Assembly (NCBI RefSeq): GCF_001194135.2
Contig: NC_068992.1
Span: 34,608,360-34,672,359 of the forward strand
Length of the DNA stretch: 64,000 bases
Direction: 5' to 3'
Origin: Octopus bimaculoides
Lineage: Eukaryota
The translations under genes were made by a program, and so were the position numbers. Within the stretch, counting starts at the first letter, position 1, and every line of letters begins with the position of its first letter. The notes under the pieces are model-generated. The model ran no database searches. It was not told the origin of the DNA and saw nothing but the letters and a program-made list of their open reading frames with translations. Below, one piece after another: positions 12,888-24,178 of the stretch.

Positions 12888-13885
12888 TAAGTTATTTTAC
12901 ATGCAAACATGTGTAAAAAAAGGCATATACATGTTGTCATATATCGATAAGAAATCAGATATATAATTCTTTGTCAATGGAAGGCTTAAGATTCTCCTCC
13001 ACAAAAGTAGTACTCCAGAAAGAAAATTAATAGGATAAAACAAATGCTGTAAAGTATTGGCTATAGGAATAAATTGGAAAATCAAATAATGCAACAAGAA
13101 AAAAAAAAAATTAAAATCACCAGGCACAGCCATATTCACAACCGAAACATAAGATATATATGAATAAAATGTTCATCAGTCATTAATTAAATAGGAAAAT
13201 CCATTATCAAAAACCTCATTAAAAAGTACAAAATATGCTTTTATTCCATCAGAAAGTAACAGGAATAATATATCACAAGAACATGGAAAAGGAAATGGTA
13301 ATCAACAATAAACCACAAGCCAGGAGGCTTGTAAATGACCTTTATGTAACCAATTTAATGTCCAAATACAACTCTAAACACAAAATCTGTAATCTTTATG
13401 ATTTTGTTAAATTGGGCGTACACACACTACACTTTTTGTCTCACTGATTATGCACCTACAACAACAGAGAAAACCAAAAAAACTGCAGCACTCTATCACA
13501 CAAAACAAAAGTACATAAAGTCACTAGAAATAACATAATCTACACAGAACAGCTAAAACTTTTAGATAATTAATCATGGAAGCTATATTAATAGTGGAAA
13601 CAATGTACTAAATTGAAAGAGCAAACAAAAAATTTCTAAAAGAAAAACCAAGGCCAATGTGCAGAATTATGTTGGAACAACAGAGTGAGATAACTCACCA
13701 TTCTATACACAAACACAAAAAAAAAAACCAATAAGAAAATAAATTTCCAATACAAAAATGAAAACTGAAGCAGTTATTGTCTGACTGTCAGCACACACAA
13801 ATACACACAGCACCTAGTTGTCTAACAAGTTTTCATGAATCAGAAAAAAACAGGAACTCATGCATTAAATGACTGATTGTAATTA

Positions 13886-13886
<1 letters not shown>

Positions 13887-13935
<49 letters not shown>
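13887..13935. repeat. (ATT)n microsatellite
   Basis: Direct inspection; left flank of the Dong/R4-like element. Confidence 0.95.
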
Positions 13936-13937
<2 letters not shown>

Positions 13938-16225
13938 ATAGACTTATTTTTATCATGTGCTTTCACTGTACTACTGACCATAGCTCTGTATGCCTTGGGT
14001 ATGTGGTGTGGTTTGTTTTGATGTTATTTATACTGTTAAAAGTACTTTACCTGGAATGTGTGCAGTACCTAGCAGTGCTACTTTCAGTATGTTATATATA
14101 TATTCGTAAGTCCTTGTGTTTTAGTTATGAATTTGTCTCTATATTTTGTAACCATAACGAATGCATCCATTTACAGGCTCCATATTTGGGTTATCCCTAC
14201 TTCCAGATCTTTGTATTTTGAGAATTTCTCTGTTTCTTTTAGAGATACATTGTCACCTGTGGAATTGATATTCTGATTAGAAGGCATTTTTATTCTTGAT
14301 GGTTCCCAATGACAATATCTAGCCCATTAGCCTAAATCTCTGCATGCACTGGCATAACCCAGAGAAAGGTTGATCTGTCATTTTCAGGGACATGTTTATA
14401 TTATTTATGTTTTAGTTGTCATTCCATAGTACTGGCACAGCTTCCAGTATATACACATCCAAAATTTGTCATGTCTGTCTGGATATATTCTTTCTTAGCC
14501 AGAAATGGGTAGCCAGAGGCCATAACATTTATCATTTCTTTCCCATTAACACATATTCTGCAGTTACTTATTGTATTTTTCTTCATTTTGTATTTTTGAT
14601 GCTTTTTGATATGGAGGTTTTGATCTTGTGTTGCAATTAAAAATCCTTCAGTCTCTGCTTTGAGTTCTGAGATTCTCAACCATTTAAAAAAAATTACTTT
14701 GTCTATTTCTTTTCTGTTTATCATATCCCAGCAGTTTCTATGTAAGGGTTTTTCTTGCCATCGTTTTATCATGGTATTTTGTCACTCCAGTTCCAGCTTG
14801 TATTTGGGTTACTTTAGAGCTTTTGTTGTTCCTTCTTTTTCTTCATGTGTCAGGTATTATGATTGCTTTCTTACATTTTTCAGTTTCCCCAAAGACTGAA
14901 AATAGAGTTTTTGCTCATGGTTTGTATCTATTTGAGCCAGCTTTCCCTGATTCTGAGTTAGAGGTTTCTGTAATCCTACAGTGGATATTTCACAGTAATT
15001 TTCTAGTTGTATAAGGCCTCTAGTTTCAATTCATTGCATATATAACCTTTCTACATTAGACTGTGGATGGTGTATTTTAAATTCCATCATTATTTTTCAT
15101 GTCTTCCTGTCTAGTTTGACTAGCTCATTTAATATCCAATTAAGAATATTGCAACCATAACATATAACTGAGACAGTTAAAGAATTGACACTAAATCTTA
15201 CTTTTCCCATTGTGCTGTTTTAAGTACTAATCTAACTTGTCTATAATATTCCTTCCTTATCTTCTCTTTCATTTGTATTTGTTGTACAATATATAGGTCA
15301 TTAAGTATTTCTGTGTTTGGGTTTGATCTAGTTCTCTTATTTCATTTTCTGTATCTAGTGTGAGGTTTTTAATTTTTAACTAGTTGTCTTGTGTTCAAAG
15401 TTGCTTTGGCACATTTTTCTCACTTCAATTTCATATTTATTCCTTTGGTAAATCCATGCTTTGTCTGTAGTAATATTTCCAGCTGTTTATCATTTGCAGC
15501 ATGCAGCTTGAGATCCTCCATATACCATAGCTTTTGTATCCACAACCAGTTCTGTTAAGCAAGTTACCTGAAGGCATCAGTGCCAGACAGAAAAGGAGTG
15601 GAGAGAATAAGTTTCCATGGAATATTAATCTTCCAACTGGGATGGCTTTAGTTTTTATAATTTTCTACTTCCGTCTCTTGTGAGTAGAGCACTATTGTAA
15701 AAATAAGTGTGTAGGATAGAAATACATTCCTTTAATGTCCACATGTTCTTTTGATTTTATAAGTGACGAATAAGGAATAATACCAGCCATTTAAATGTAT
15801 TTGTTAACATTTTTGTAGGGTGCCAGTCTGCACATTTCTGGTGTTAAAGAATTTTGCATGTTTAATTTTCCATACTTTTTGTCTTTCAAGTTTAAAGTAT
15901 GCACTTCTCATTTGCTATTCTTGAACTGAATAATATGAGTGTTATTTAATTTTTTCTTCTTTCCTTGTGAATGATGATAAGAACAGAGGCAGCCTCTTGT
16001 TAATATGAACTGCAATCTGGTGATCATATTCACATGTGTTGGAGATTATAAACATCTATAATGCATCCGTTAATGCAGAAAAGAGAATTAAATTTTAATG
16101 AGTATTACTTGGTTATGATCCAACATTGTGCCAGTGTTTTTTTAGCTGACATTAGTTGTTTTTATTTCTGATGATTTTAGACAGATTTCAAAGTAATGCA
16201 TTATCATTCTCACATGTTAAACACC
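13936..16225 (-). mobile_element. Dong/R4-clade (RLE-type) non-LTR retrotransposon relic
   Basis: KAETEGFLIATQDQNL..CRIC..LAKKEY zinc-knuckle region (14419-14772); RT relics FHGNLFSPLLFCLAL and WYMEDLKLHAAND near 15480-15620. Confidence 0.82.
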
Positions 16226-16261
<36 letters not shown>

Positions 16262-16288
16262 GATAATTATTATTATTATTATTATTAC
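16226..16288. repeat. (ATT)n microsatellite
   Basis: Direct inspection; right flank of the Dong/R4-like element. Confidence 0.95.
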
Positions 16289-16289
16289 T

Positions 16290-16655
16290 AAGGTGGTGAG
16301 CTGGCAGAATCACTAGCATGCTAGGCCAAATGCTTAGCAGTATTTCATCCGTTTTTATGTTCTGAGTTTAAATTTCACCAAGATTGACTTTTCCTTTCAT
16401 CTTTTTGGGGTCAATAAATTAAGAATCAGTGAAACGCCGGGGTCGATGCAATCAACTCATCCCCTCCCCCAAAATGGCTGCCCATGTTGCAAAATTTGAA
16501 ACCATTATTATTACTATTTTTATTCAGCCACAGTTGACTTTACCTTTCATCTTTTTGGGTTTGATAAATTAAGTACCAGCTGCGTACCGGGGTCAATCTA
16601 ATGAACTGGCCCTCTCCCCCAAAATTTCAGGCCTTGTGTCTATAGTAGAAATGAT
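16290..16655 (+). mobile_element. tRNA-derived SINE family B, one full plus one partial tandem copy
   Basis: GAGCTGGCAGAA head; shared core GACTTT.CCTTTCATC...GGGGTC.ATAAATTAAG.ACCAG present twice. Confidence 0.8.
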
Positions 16656-16663
16656 TATTATTA

Positions 16664-16720
<57 letters not shown>

Positions 16721-17147
16721 TTACTATTATTATCTATAATAGTACAGTAATAATAGTGTAATAATAAGAATATCATATAGTCTCATGACAGCCAATTAAT
16801 GATACTAAATACTTTCATGGCAACAATGGAGAGGTCACAATTTTCAGACATAGCTGAATGGAAAAGTATAGCTTGAGCTGTTTTCTACTGGAGACCTGAA
16901 AATGCCACAGCTGGTTTATAGGTGCCATTTTTGTTGTAAAAGAAAAGAAAAGGGAAAAAAAAAATAATGCAAAAACATAGCCATTGCAGATAGAATGGTA
17001 GAAGAAAGAAGTAATCAGAGTTATGTCCTTTGGATTGGTCTCTCTGTTTATTTAGCTGCATTCTAGCGTTCAGGTAGCAAAAATTCTGCTCCACCTTTAT
17101 GTGCTATTTGATTGTAGGGTGAAGGCAAGTATATATTAGCCAGCCAT

Positions 17148-17390
17148 GAGGGTGCACGGCCTAGTGGTTAGGATGTTGCAAGTTCGTGATTTCAATTCCT
17201 GGACCAGGTGGTGCATTGTGTTTCTGAGCATAACACCTCATCTCATGTTGTTCTGTGATCACTTTGACAACTAATGTGTGGCACACAGTGCACCTGTTCA
17301 GGTAACTTCAGTTTAATAGAGGGAATGAGCTGATGTACAGCACATGCATTTGATCACTATAAACAAATCATTTATCCCAGATGTTTAGCA
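17148..17390 (+). mobile_element. tRNA-derived SINE family C (single copy here)
   Basis: A-box-like GGCCTAGTGGTTAGG and B-box-like TTCAATTCC followed by TTGTGTTTCTGAGCATAACAC. Confidence 0.6.
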
Positions 17391-17558
17391 ACAAATTGTA
17401 GAACCACGTTTCTCAGCCTATGAGACACTATCATCATTAGCCAACTGGTAGGTTTCACCCTAAGTATATGTATTGTTTCTTCTTCCATTGGTACTTCTCT
17501 CACCATAAATGAGGAGCTATTATTTTTCTCCTGATACTCATCATTTACATACAACATA

Positions 17559-17955
17559 GGCACAGTCGTGGCTGTGTGGTAAGAAGCTTGCTTTCTAACC
17601 ACATGGTTCTGGGTTCAGTCCCACTGCTTGGCACCTTGGACAAGTGTCTTCTATTATATTCTAGGGCCAAATAAAGCCTTGTGAATGGATTTGATAGACA
17701 GAAACTGAAAGAAGCCCATCATGTGTGTGTGCTTATGTGTATGTCTCTGTTTGTCCACCTCGCCATCACTTGATAACCGATACTGGTGTATCTATGTGCC
17801 GATAAATTAATGGTTTGATAAAAGAGTCTGGTAGAATAAGTACTAGGCTTACAAAGAATAAATCTTGGGGCTGATTTCTTTGACAAAACTCTTTAAGGCA
17901 GTGTTCCAGCATGACTGCAGTCAAAAGACTGAAACAAATAAAAGAATAAAGAAAG
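17559..17955 (+). mobile_element. SINE family A
   Basis: Colinear with 5769-6193. Confidence 0.85.
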
Positions 17956-18758
17956 AGAACACACTGTTATGCACACACATATAGATGACCATATCTTAAA
18001 AGCTCCCCCACTTCTCACATCCTTCTTCCCACCACTTCACTGCACCTCTATCCCATTTTTTCTGTTTTCCTCTACACTCTTACCCACTCTTCACCTTACA
18101 ATTAAATATCACATAAAAGTAGACTTTTTGCCACCTGAATTTTGAAATGCTGGTCACCAGCCAAAAGCTGTGGACATGTCCTTCTGCATCAACAGTCATG
18201 AGATTCTTGAGATTAACCTTGCCTCTCATTTTGGTGCTGGTCCAGTTATCACTATCAGATTTTGTTTTATGTTCTCTAGATGCAGATATAATTTCAATGA
18301 ATCAAAAATTTGTACGTTATCAATTATATGTCTTGTCTTTGTTATTCAGGTACATACTTGTAGCCACTCTAAGCTACCTCTCTTAACTCAGTTTAATTTT
18401 AAATTAGAAAATTACCAAGGCCTTCAATGCATAATTCTTATTTCTTTTTTTGTCCAATCATTTCACCTGTTAGATAAAACATAAGACAACTGCTGTACTA
18501 ATGAAGTCCATTAAGGCAGAAAACAAATGTCTACAGATGCCCATTTGTCTCAAGACAAACTGTCTCTTCCTTAAGGTCGTTTCAAAATTTTGGAGAATTC
18601 TTTCTTCTTGTGCTTATCACTGTTTTACATTTACAATTGGTACAATTATCACCAGTGATTATTTCACTTTCTCTTGAAGTGGAGATAATTTCAATACATC
18701 AAGAATTTATCTTCTGTTAGTAATTAATACACTTATATTTGCATACTGTTTACATATA

Positions 18759-19176
18759 GGTGTAGAAGTGGCTGTGTGGTAAGTAGCTTGCTTACCAACC
18801 ACATGGTTCCGGGTTCAGTCCCATTGAGTGGCACCTTGGACAGGTGTCTTCTACTATAGCCTCAGGCTGACCAAAGCCTTGTGAGTGGATTTGGTAGACG
18901 AAAACTGAAAGAAACCCATCGTATATATGTATATGTATATATATATATGTATGTGTGTGTGTATATGTTTGTGTGTCTGTGTTTGTCCCCCAACATCGCT
19001 TGACAACCGATGCTGGTATGTTTACATCCCTGTAACTTAGCAGTTCGCCAAAAGAGACCGGTATAATAAGTACTAGGCTTACAAAAAATAAGTCCTGGGG
19101 TCGATTTGCTCGACTAAAGGCCGTGCTCCAGCATGACCACAGTAAAATGACTGAAACAAGTAAAAGAGTAAAGAGT
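18759..19176 (+). mobile_element. SINE family A
   Basis: Colinear and highly similar to 5769-6193. Confidence 0.9.
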
Positions 19177-19199
19177 ATATATATACATACATATTTTTT

Positions 19200-19492
19200 A
19201 ATTCTTTTCCCCTTTTATTTGTTTCAGTAATCTGACAACAGCCAAGCTGGATCACTATCTTCTATAGTTTTAGTGGATCAAATTAACCCCAGGACTTATT
19301 TTTTTAAGCCTAGTACTTATTCTATTGGTCTCTTTTGTTGGACTGCTAAGTTATGGGGAAGTAAACACATGAACACTGGTTGTCAAGCGGTGATAGAGGA
19401 CACACACAAATCTAAAGACACACACACACACACACATATATACAATAGGTTTCTTTCAGTTTTTATCTGCTAAATGCACTCACAAGGTTTCT
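19200..19492 (-). mobile_element. SINE family A, 3' part
   Basis: Reverse complement of the family A tail and core; tail-to-tail with the previous copy. Confidence 0.78.
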
Positions 19493-19502
19493 NNNNNNNN
19501 NN

Positions 19503-19560
<58 letters not shown>

Positions 19561-19899
19561 CATTTAATGTAGAAATTTTTTAGAAAAAGTTACTAATAAT
19601 TACATGTTGTAGCGATACAATAGTTTGGCAGGTTTATAAAACATGCCAAGCAATCTTTCAAGATCATTCCATACCAACTGATGTCTAAATGTATGCACAA
19701 AGCCTGAGAGGTTGCTTGGTGATACATGGCATGTTATATAAATCTGCTAAATTATTATAATTCTACTGCATGAAGCTATTAGTTGCTCTTTTGTAAATTG
19801 TGTATATTAAATGATCTTTATCTCGTCCTGGATAGAGTACGTGTTTTGTTGATGCTACCTAAAATGGAACAATATATGTGTGTGTGTGTGTTTGTATGT

Positions 19900-20180
19900 A
19901 TCTCTGGGAGAGCAATGCCTGTCAACACCACAGATGGAGGAAGCAGGTTAAGGAGGGAGCTGACACCTTTGAAAGAGCTGTATGAAGAATTTAAGCATGC
20001 AGCTCAAAAGCTCAATGTTAGTATAGTGAATGGGGAAAGCTTGGTTTGCAATGTTGGCAGTCGAATATGCTTGTCAAGAGCAGGGCTCTTTAGCCACCAA
20101 CAGAGCTGCAAATGCAAAATATAAGTTAGTCCTAGAGTGCACAATCTTCCTAAAGGTCAGCAATGGTGTTCCTCGGTCAC
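19900..20180 (+). mobile_element. RTE-type LINE 3' end (C-terminal zinc finger)
   Basis: VCNVGSRICLSRAGLFSHQQSCK resembles the RTE C-terminal CxxC..C.SR.GL.SH motif. Confidence 0.65.
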
Positions 20181-20206
20181 AAGTAGACGGCCATTGTATC
20201 CTTTTC

Positions 20207-20411
20207 TAATTGTTTCAGTCATTTGACTGTGGCCATGTGGGGGTAGTACTCTGAATGGATTTATTTGCACAAATCAACCCCATGACTTATTTTTTCTGAA
20301 GCCTAGTACTTATTCTATTGGTTTCTTTTGTCAAACTGCTAAGTTATGGGGACATATACACACTAACACCAGTTGTCAAGCAGTGGTAGGAGACAAACAC
20401 AATGTCACAAA

Positions 20412-20463
<52 letters not shown>

Positions 20464-20620
20464 CATATATATAGAATAGCCTTCTTCCAGATTTCGTCTA
20501 CCAAATCCACTCACAAGGCTGAGACTATAGCAGAAGACACTTTCCCAAGATACTACATAATGAGACTGAACGCAAAACCATGTAGTTGGGAAGCAAGCTT
20601 CTTACCACACAGCCACCTGT
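20207..20620 (-). mobile_element. SINE family A
   Basis: Reverse complement of the family A head, core and tail. Confidence 0.82.
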
Positions 20621-20803
20621 GCCTATATATATGTGTGTGTATGTATGTGTGTATGTGAGTGTGTGTGTATGCGTGTATCATTCCATAACAGCTGCCTCTG
20701 ATGAGTGGAGGGTTACGTAATTGGACTGTTACCCAACGCTCCATTGAATCCTTAGTGCAAAGCCAGTTGGTAAGATTGGCCATAATGGATATATAATACT
20801 TTG

Positions 20804-20869
<66 letters not shown>

Positions 20870-20886
20870 GATAGAAAGTGTGAGAT

Positions 20887-20997
20887 GCTTACGGCATGTA
20901 AGTTTCCCAAGCAGTTACCCATCTAATTACTCACTGGGCTTGACATTTCTTAACTTCGGTGATCAGATGAGAACTGGTGCTTTCAACGAGCATGATG
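20887..20997 (-). pseudogene. 5S rRNA pseudogene (about 10 nt missing at the 5' end)
   Basis: Minus strand reads GTTGAAAGCACCAGTTCTCATCTGATCACCGAAGTTAAG...TAGATGGGTAACTGCTTGGGAA...TGCCGTAAGC, colinear with metazoan 5S rRNA. Substitutions are mostly CpG-type. Confidence 0.88.
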
Positions 20998-21291
20998 AAA
21001 GGAAGGAAATATGGCACAATGGTCGTACAATTTAGAACAGTAGAGGAGGCGAGGAGGCACTCCATCCATCTCTATGACTGCCCTTACCAGCTCCTCCTCT
21101 GCTGAAGACAACTCAGACCCGCTAAAGTCTGAGTACATCGTCTCTATCCTCAAAGCAGCAACAAAAACCAACGTCTGACACAACCGACACACCGAATGCA
21201 CTCTAAGTGACACATGCTTGGGAAGCAAGCTTCTTACCCCACAGCCCCTTTTGCACCTATATATATATATATATAACAAAAAGTGTGAGAC

Positions 21292-21372
21292 GCTTACAGC
21301 ACCTAAGTTTCCCAAGTGGTCACCCATCTAAGTACTCACTAGGCTCATTGAAAGCATCAGTTCTCATCTGAT
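21292..21372. pseudogene. Rearranged 5S rRNA fragment: 3' half on minus (21292-21346) joined to a 5' piece on plus (21347-21372)
   Basis: Reverse complement of 21292-21346 = GAGCCTAGTGAGTACTTAGATGGGTGACCACTTGGGAAACTTAGGTGCTGTAAGC; plus strand 21347-21372 = ATTGAAAGCATCAGTTCTCATCTGAT. Confidence 0.82.
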
Positions 21373-21751
21373 GCTACACGGATGGTAGTCGAACCAAGAA
21401 AGTAAGGTCAGGCTTGACGAAACACCGGTCATGTGGAAGGAAAGGAGAGGGATAGGTGGCAGAGGGATTGAAGAATTAGGGAGGGATGAGAAAGAGAGAA
21501 AAGGAAAGGAAAGGGACAGAGTAAGGTGAAGGAGGAGGGAAAGTGATGAGAATGAAGGGAAGGCCAAGAAATGTGAGAGAGGGCGAGCGAGAAAAAGAAA
21601 AGTGGAAAGAACGAAGAAAGTGTGAAGGGGCTAAAAGAAAGAGTAAAGGAGTTGTACATAATTTATATATATATATATATATATATACTTACATATGAGA
21701 CCAAAAGTGTACGTACACTGCCATATGTATATATAGAAAGAACAAGATTAA

Positions 21752-22611
21752 TGTTGACATTATGACCCGGAAACGAAATCGACAAAAGATAGGGCAACGG
21801 GTGTAGAAAAAATGTGTAGAAAACGAATATGAAAATAAAAATGCATGTAAAACAATGGGGGTGGGGGAGGACTTAGGAAAGTTCAAAAGATCCAAGTTTT
21901 TTCCCCAGAACTTGTAGGAAAATGGGTTTTTTAAATGAAATTTTATATAGATATCTTTCAAACGGCATACATTACGATTATAACGAAATTTGTGGGTAAA
22001 ATCTTTTCCGAAGGAGTGAGGAGAGGACTTTGAAAAATTCACAAGATCTGACTTTTTCCCTTCGTGACTTTAAGGAAAATGGATATCTTTTCATGAAATT
22101 GTATATAAATACCTTTCACACGACATGCATTACAGATGCCTAATGTGCCGCAAACCCCTTATTTTTATTTGGAAAAATGGTGGGGGAAATATGGGAAATA
22201 CTGGAAACCGGAAGTATGGGAAAATGTTTTTCTTTTTTACGATGAATGAATTACGGAGACTTAATATGCCACAATCTGCAATGTGGGATTAATATATCCA
22301 GTGATTTTTAAGAGATATGTAAAAGATATTTTGTTTTAATATTATATTTTTACTTGTTTCCCACACAAATTTCGTTATAATCGCAATGTATGCTGTATGA
22401 AAGGTATTTGTATAAAATTTCATTTAATAAAACCCATTCTCCTAAAAGTTATGAGGGAAAAACTCGGATCTTGTGAATTTCCCAAAGACCTATCCCCACC
22501 GCCCACCCCATTACTTCCTGTACGTTTTTGTTTTCATATTCACTTCGTACACCTTTTTTTACACCCGTTGTGCTAAATGTTTTTATTCGTTTCCGGGTAA
22601 TAATGTCAACA
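21752..22611. mobile_element. 860-bp foldback MITE with about 250-bp inverted arms, flanked by TTAA
   Basis: TGTTGACATTATGACCCGGAAACGAA.. versus ..TTCGTTTCCGGGTAATAATGTCAACA. TTAA at 21748-21751 and 22612-22615. Internal repeat of about 160 bp (21860-21990 versus 22020-22130). Confidence 0.82.
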
Positions 22612-23412
22612 TTAACTAAAAACAAAACAAATTACGGAACAAGAATGTAACAGGCGACAACAAAACATCCGGACAGTTAGATGATACAAAAAAGAACAGG
22701 AAAAAATAAGGACGGGTCATTCGGAGCTTTCTTTCATCAGTCGAGTTCCAGATCGTCGTTGCAGTTTCAGCTGGTTACACGCGAGACTGTTCCAATCTGG
22801 CCAGCCAATCTTCACCTCACTCTGTCCCGTTTTTCTTTTTCTCTCTTTCTCATCCCTTCCTAATTCTTCAATCCCTCTTCCCCCTACTTCTCTCCTCTCC
22901 TTCCATCTGACTGGTGTTCTGCCAAGCCTGATCTTTTTTCTTAGTTCAGCTGTCATCCGTGTAGCATCTCTTATATTTCTTCCCATGACATTCATCTCTT
23001 ATGTTCAGGCTGTAAGGCTTCACTTCTACACACGCTAGCTTAATTTAATTTATCCTAAGTCGAAAAACACCTGTTGTTTGTATTTGTAATTATGTACCAT
23101 TTCTCCATTTTTCGTGCTTGTTTTTGTATATATTCACTTGCTTTCTTCCAAAGAATCTAGTGCTCTGAGCTTAGAATTTCTTGAGGCCAGCCAGATTGGA
23201 GCAGTTTCGAGTGTAATTGGCCTAAACTGCAATGATGATTTGGAATTCGACTGGCGAAAGAAAGCTCCTAATTATCCGTCCTTGCTTGTTCCTATCCTTT
23301 TTTGTATTATCTCACTCTGGATGTTTTCTTGTCGCCTGCTACATCCTTGATCCACTTTTTTTATATATATACATATAACAGCGTTTGTACACTTTTGGTC
23401 TCCTGTATGTAA

Positions 23413-23465
<53 letters not shown>

Positions 23466-23666
23466 AGTATATATATATATACACATATATACGCATACAT
23501 ATATAAATATGTATATATATATACATATAAAAATATATATTTATATACATACACATACATACATATATAAACATGTATATATATACATATATAGCCATGT
23601 ACATATATACATATACATATATACATACCCACACACACGCACGCACACACACATATATATACATAC

Positions 23667-23882
23667 GCCGAGCTGGCAGAAACGTTAGCACACCGGGCAA
23701 AATGTTTAGCAGTATATCGTTTGCTGCTACGTTCTGAGTTCAAATTCCACAGAGGTCGACTTTGCCTTTCATCCTTTTGGGGTCGATTAAATAAGTACCA
23801 GTTATGCACTGGGGTCAATATAATCGACTTAATCCGTTTGTCTGTCCTTGTGTGTAGCCCCTTGTGGGCAGTAAAGAAATAA
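23667..23882 (+). mobile_element. SINE family B
   Basis: Head GAGCTGGCAGAAACGTTAGCAC; core GGTCGACTTTGCCTTTCATCCTTTTGGGGTCGAT. Confidence 0.85.
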
Positions 23883-24143
23883 CACACATATATATACATA
23901 CACATATATACATACACACACCCACATGCATACACATATGTATATACATACATGCGTAGACATGTTTACATGCTACCTTACACACACAGACACAGATGCC
24001 AGCCATTCTTCATACTCTCCTGTTCCAGAAAGCACTTTCTCTTTGTTCATCTACTTCCAGTCATTCCAAAATATAATGACACGTTGGCTGTTGGCGACTT
24101 TTTCCTTCCTCTTTCTTTTGTTTTGGACTTCCGTATGCCACCT

Positions 24144-24178
24144 GTTTCCGAAGAAGAGCTTTGCTCCAAACGTAAAAC
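24144..24178 (+). ncRNA. Degenerate minimal type-I hammerhead-ribozyme-like fold
   Basis: GTTT-CCGAAGA-A-GAGC(TTT)GCTC-CAA-ACGT-A-AAAC: stems I and II and a palindromic stem III are present, with two core mismatches. Confidence 0.45.

Noticed and set aside
17148-17215. tRNA-like A and B boxes
   Set aside because: No cloverleaf; it continues into a SINE body, so it is not a tRNA gene.
18130-18260. Minus frame DNWTSTKMRGKVNLKNLMTVDAEGHVHSFW
   Set aside because: Poor acceptor context; only a vague hAT-transposase resemblance.
22705-22745. CTGATGA..CGAA hammerhead-like core on minus
   Set aside because: Stems I and III cannot be formed, stem II has only 2 bp, and the sister copy at 23250 lacks the core.
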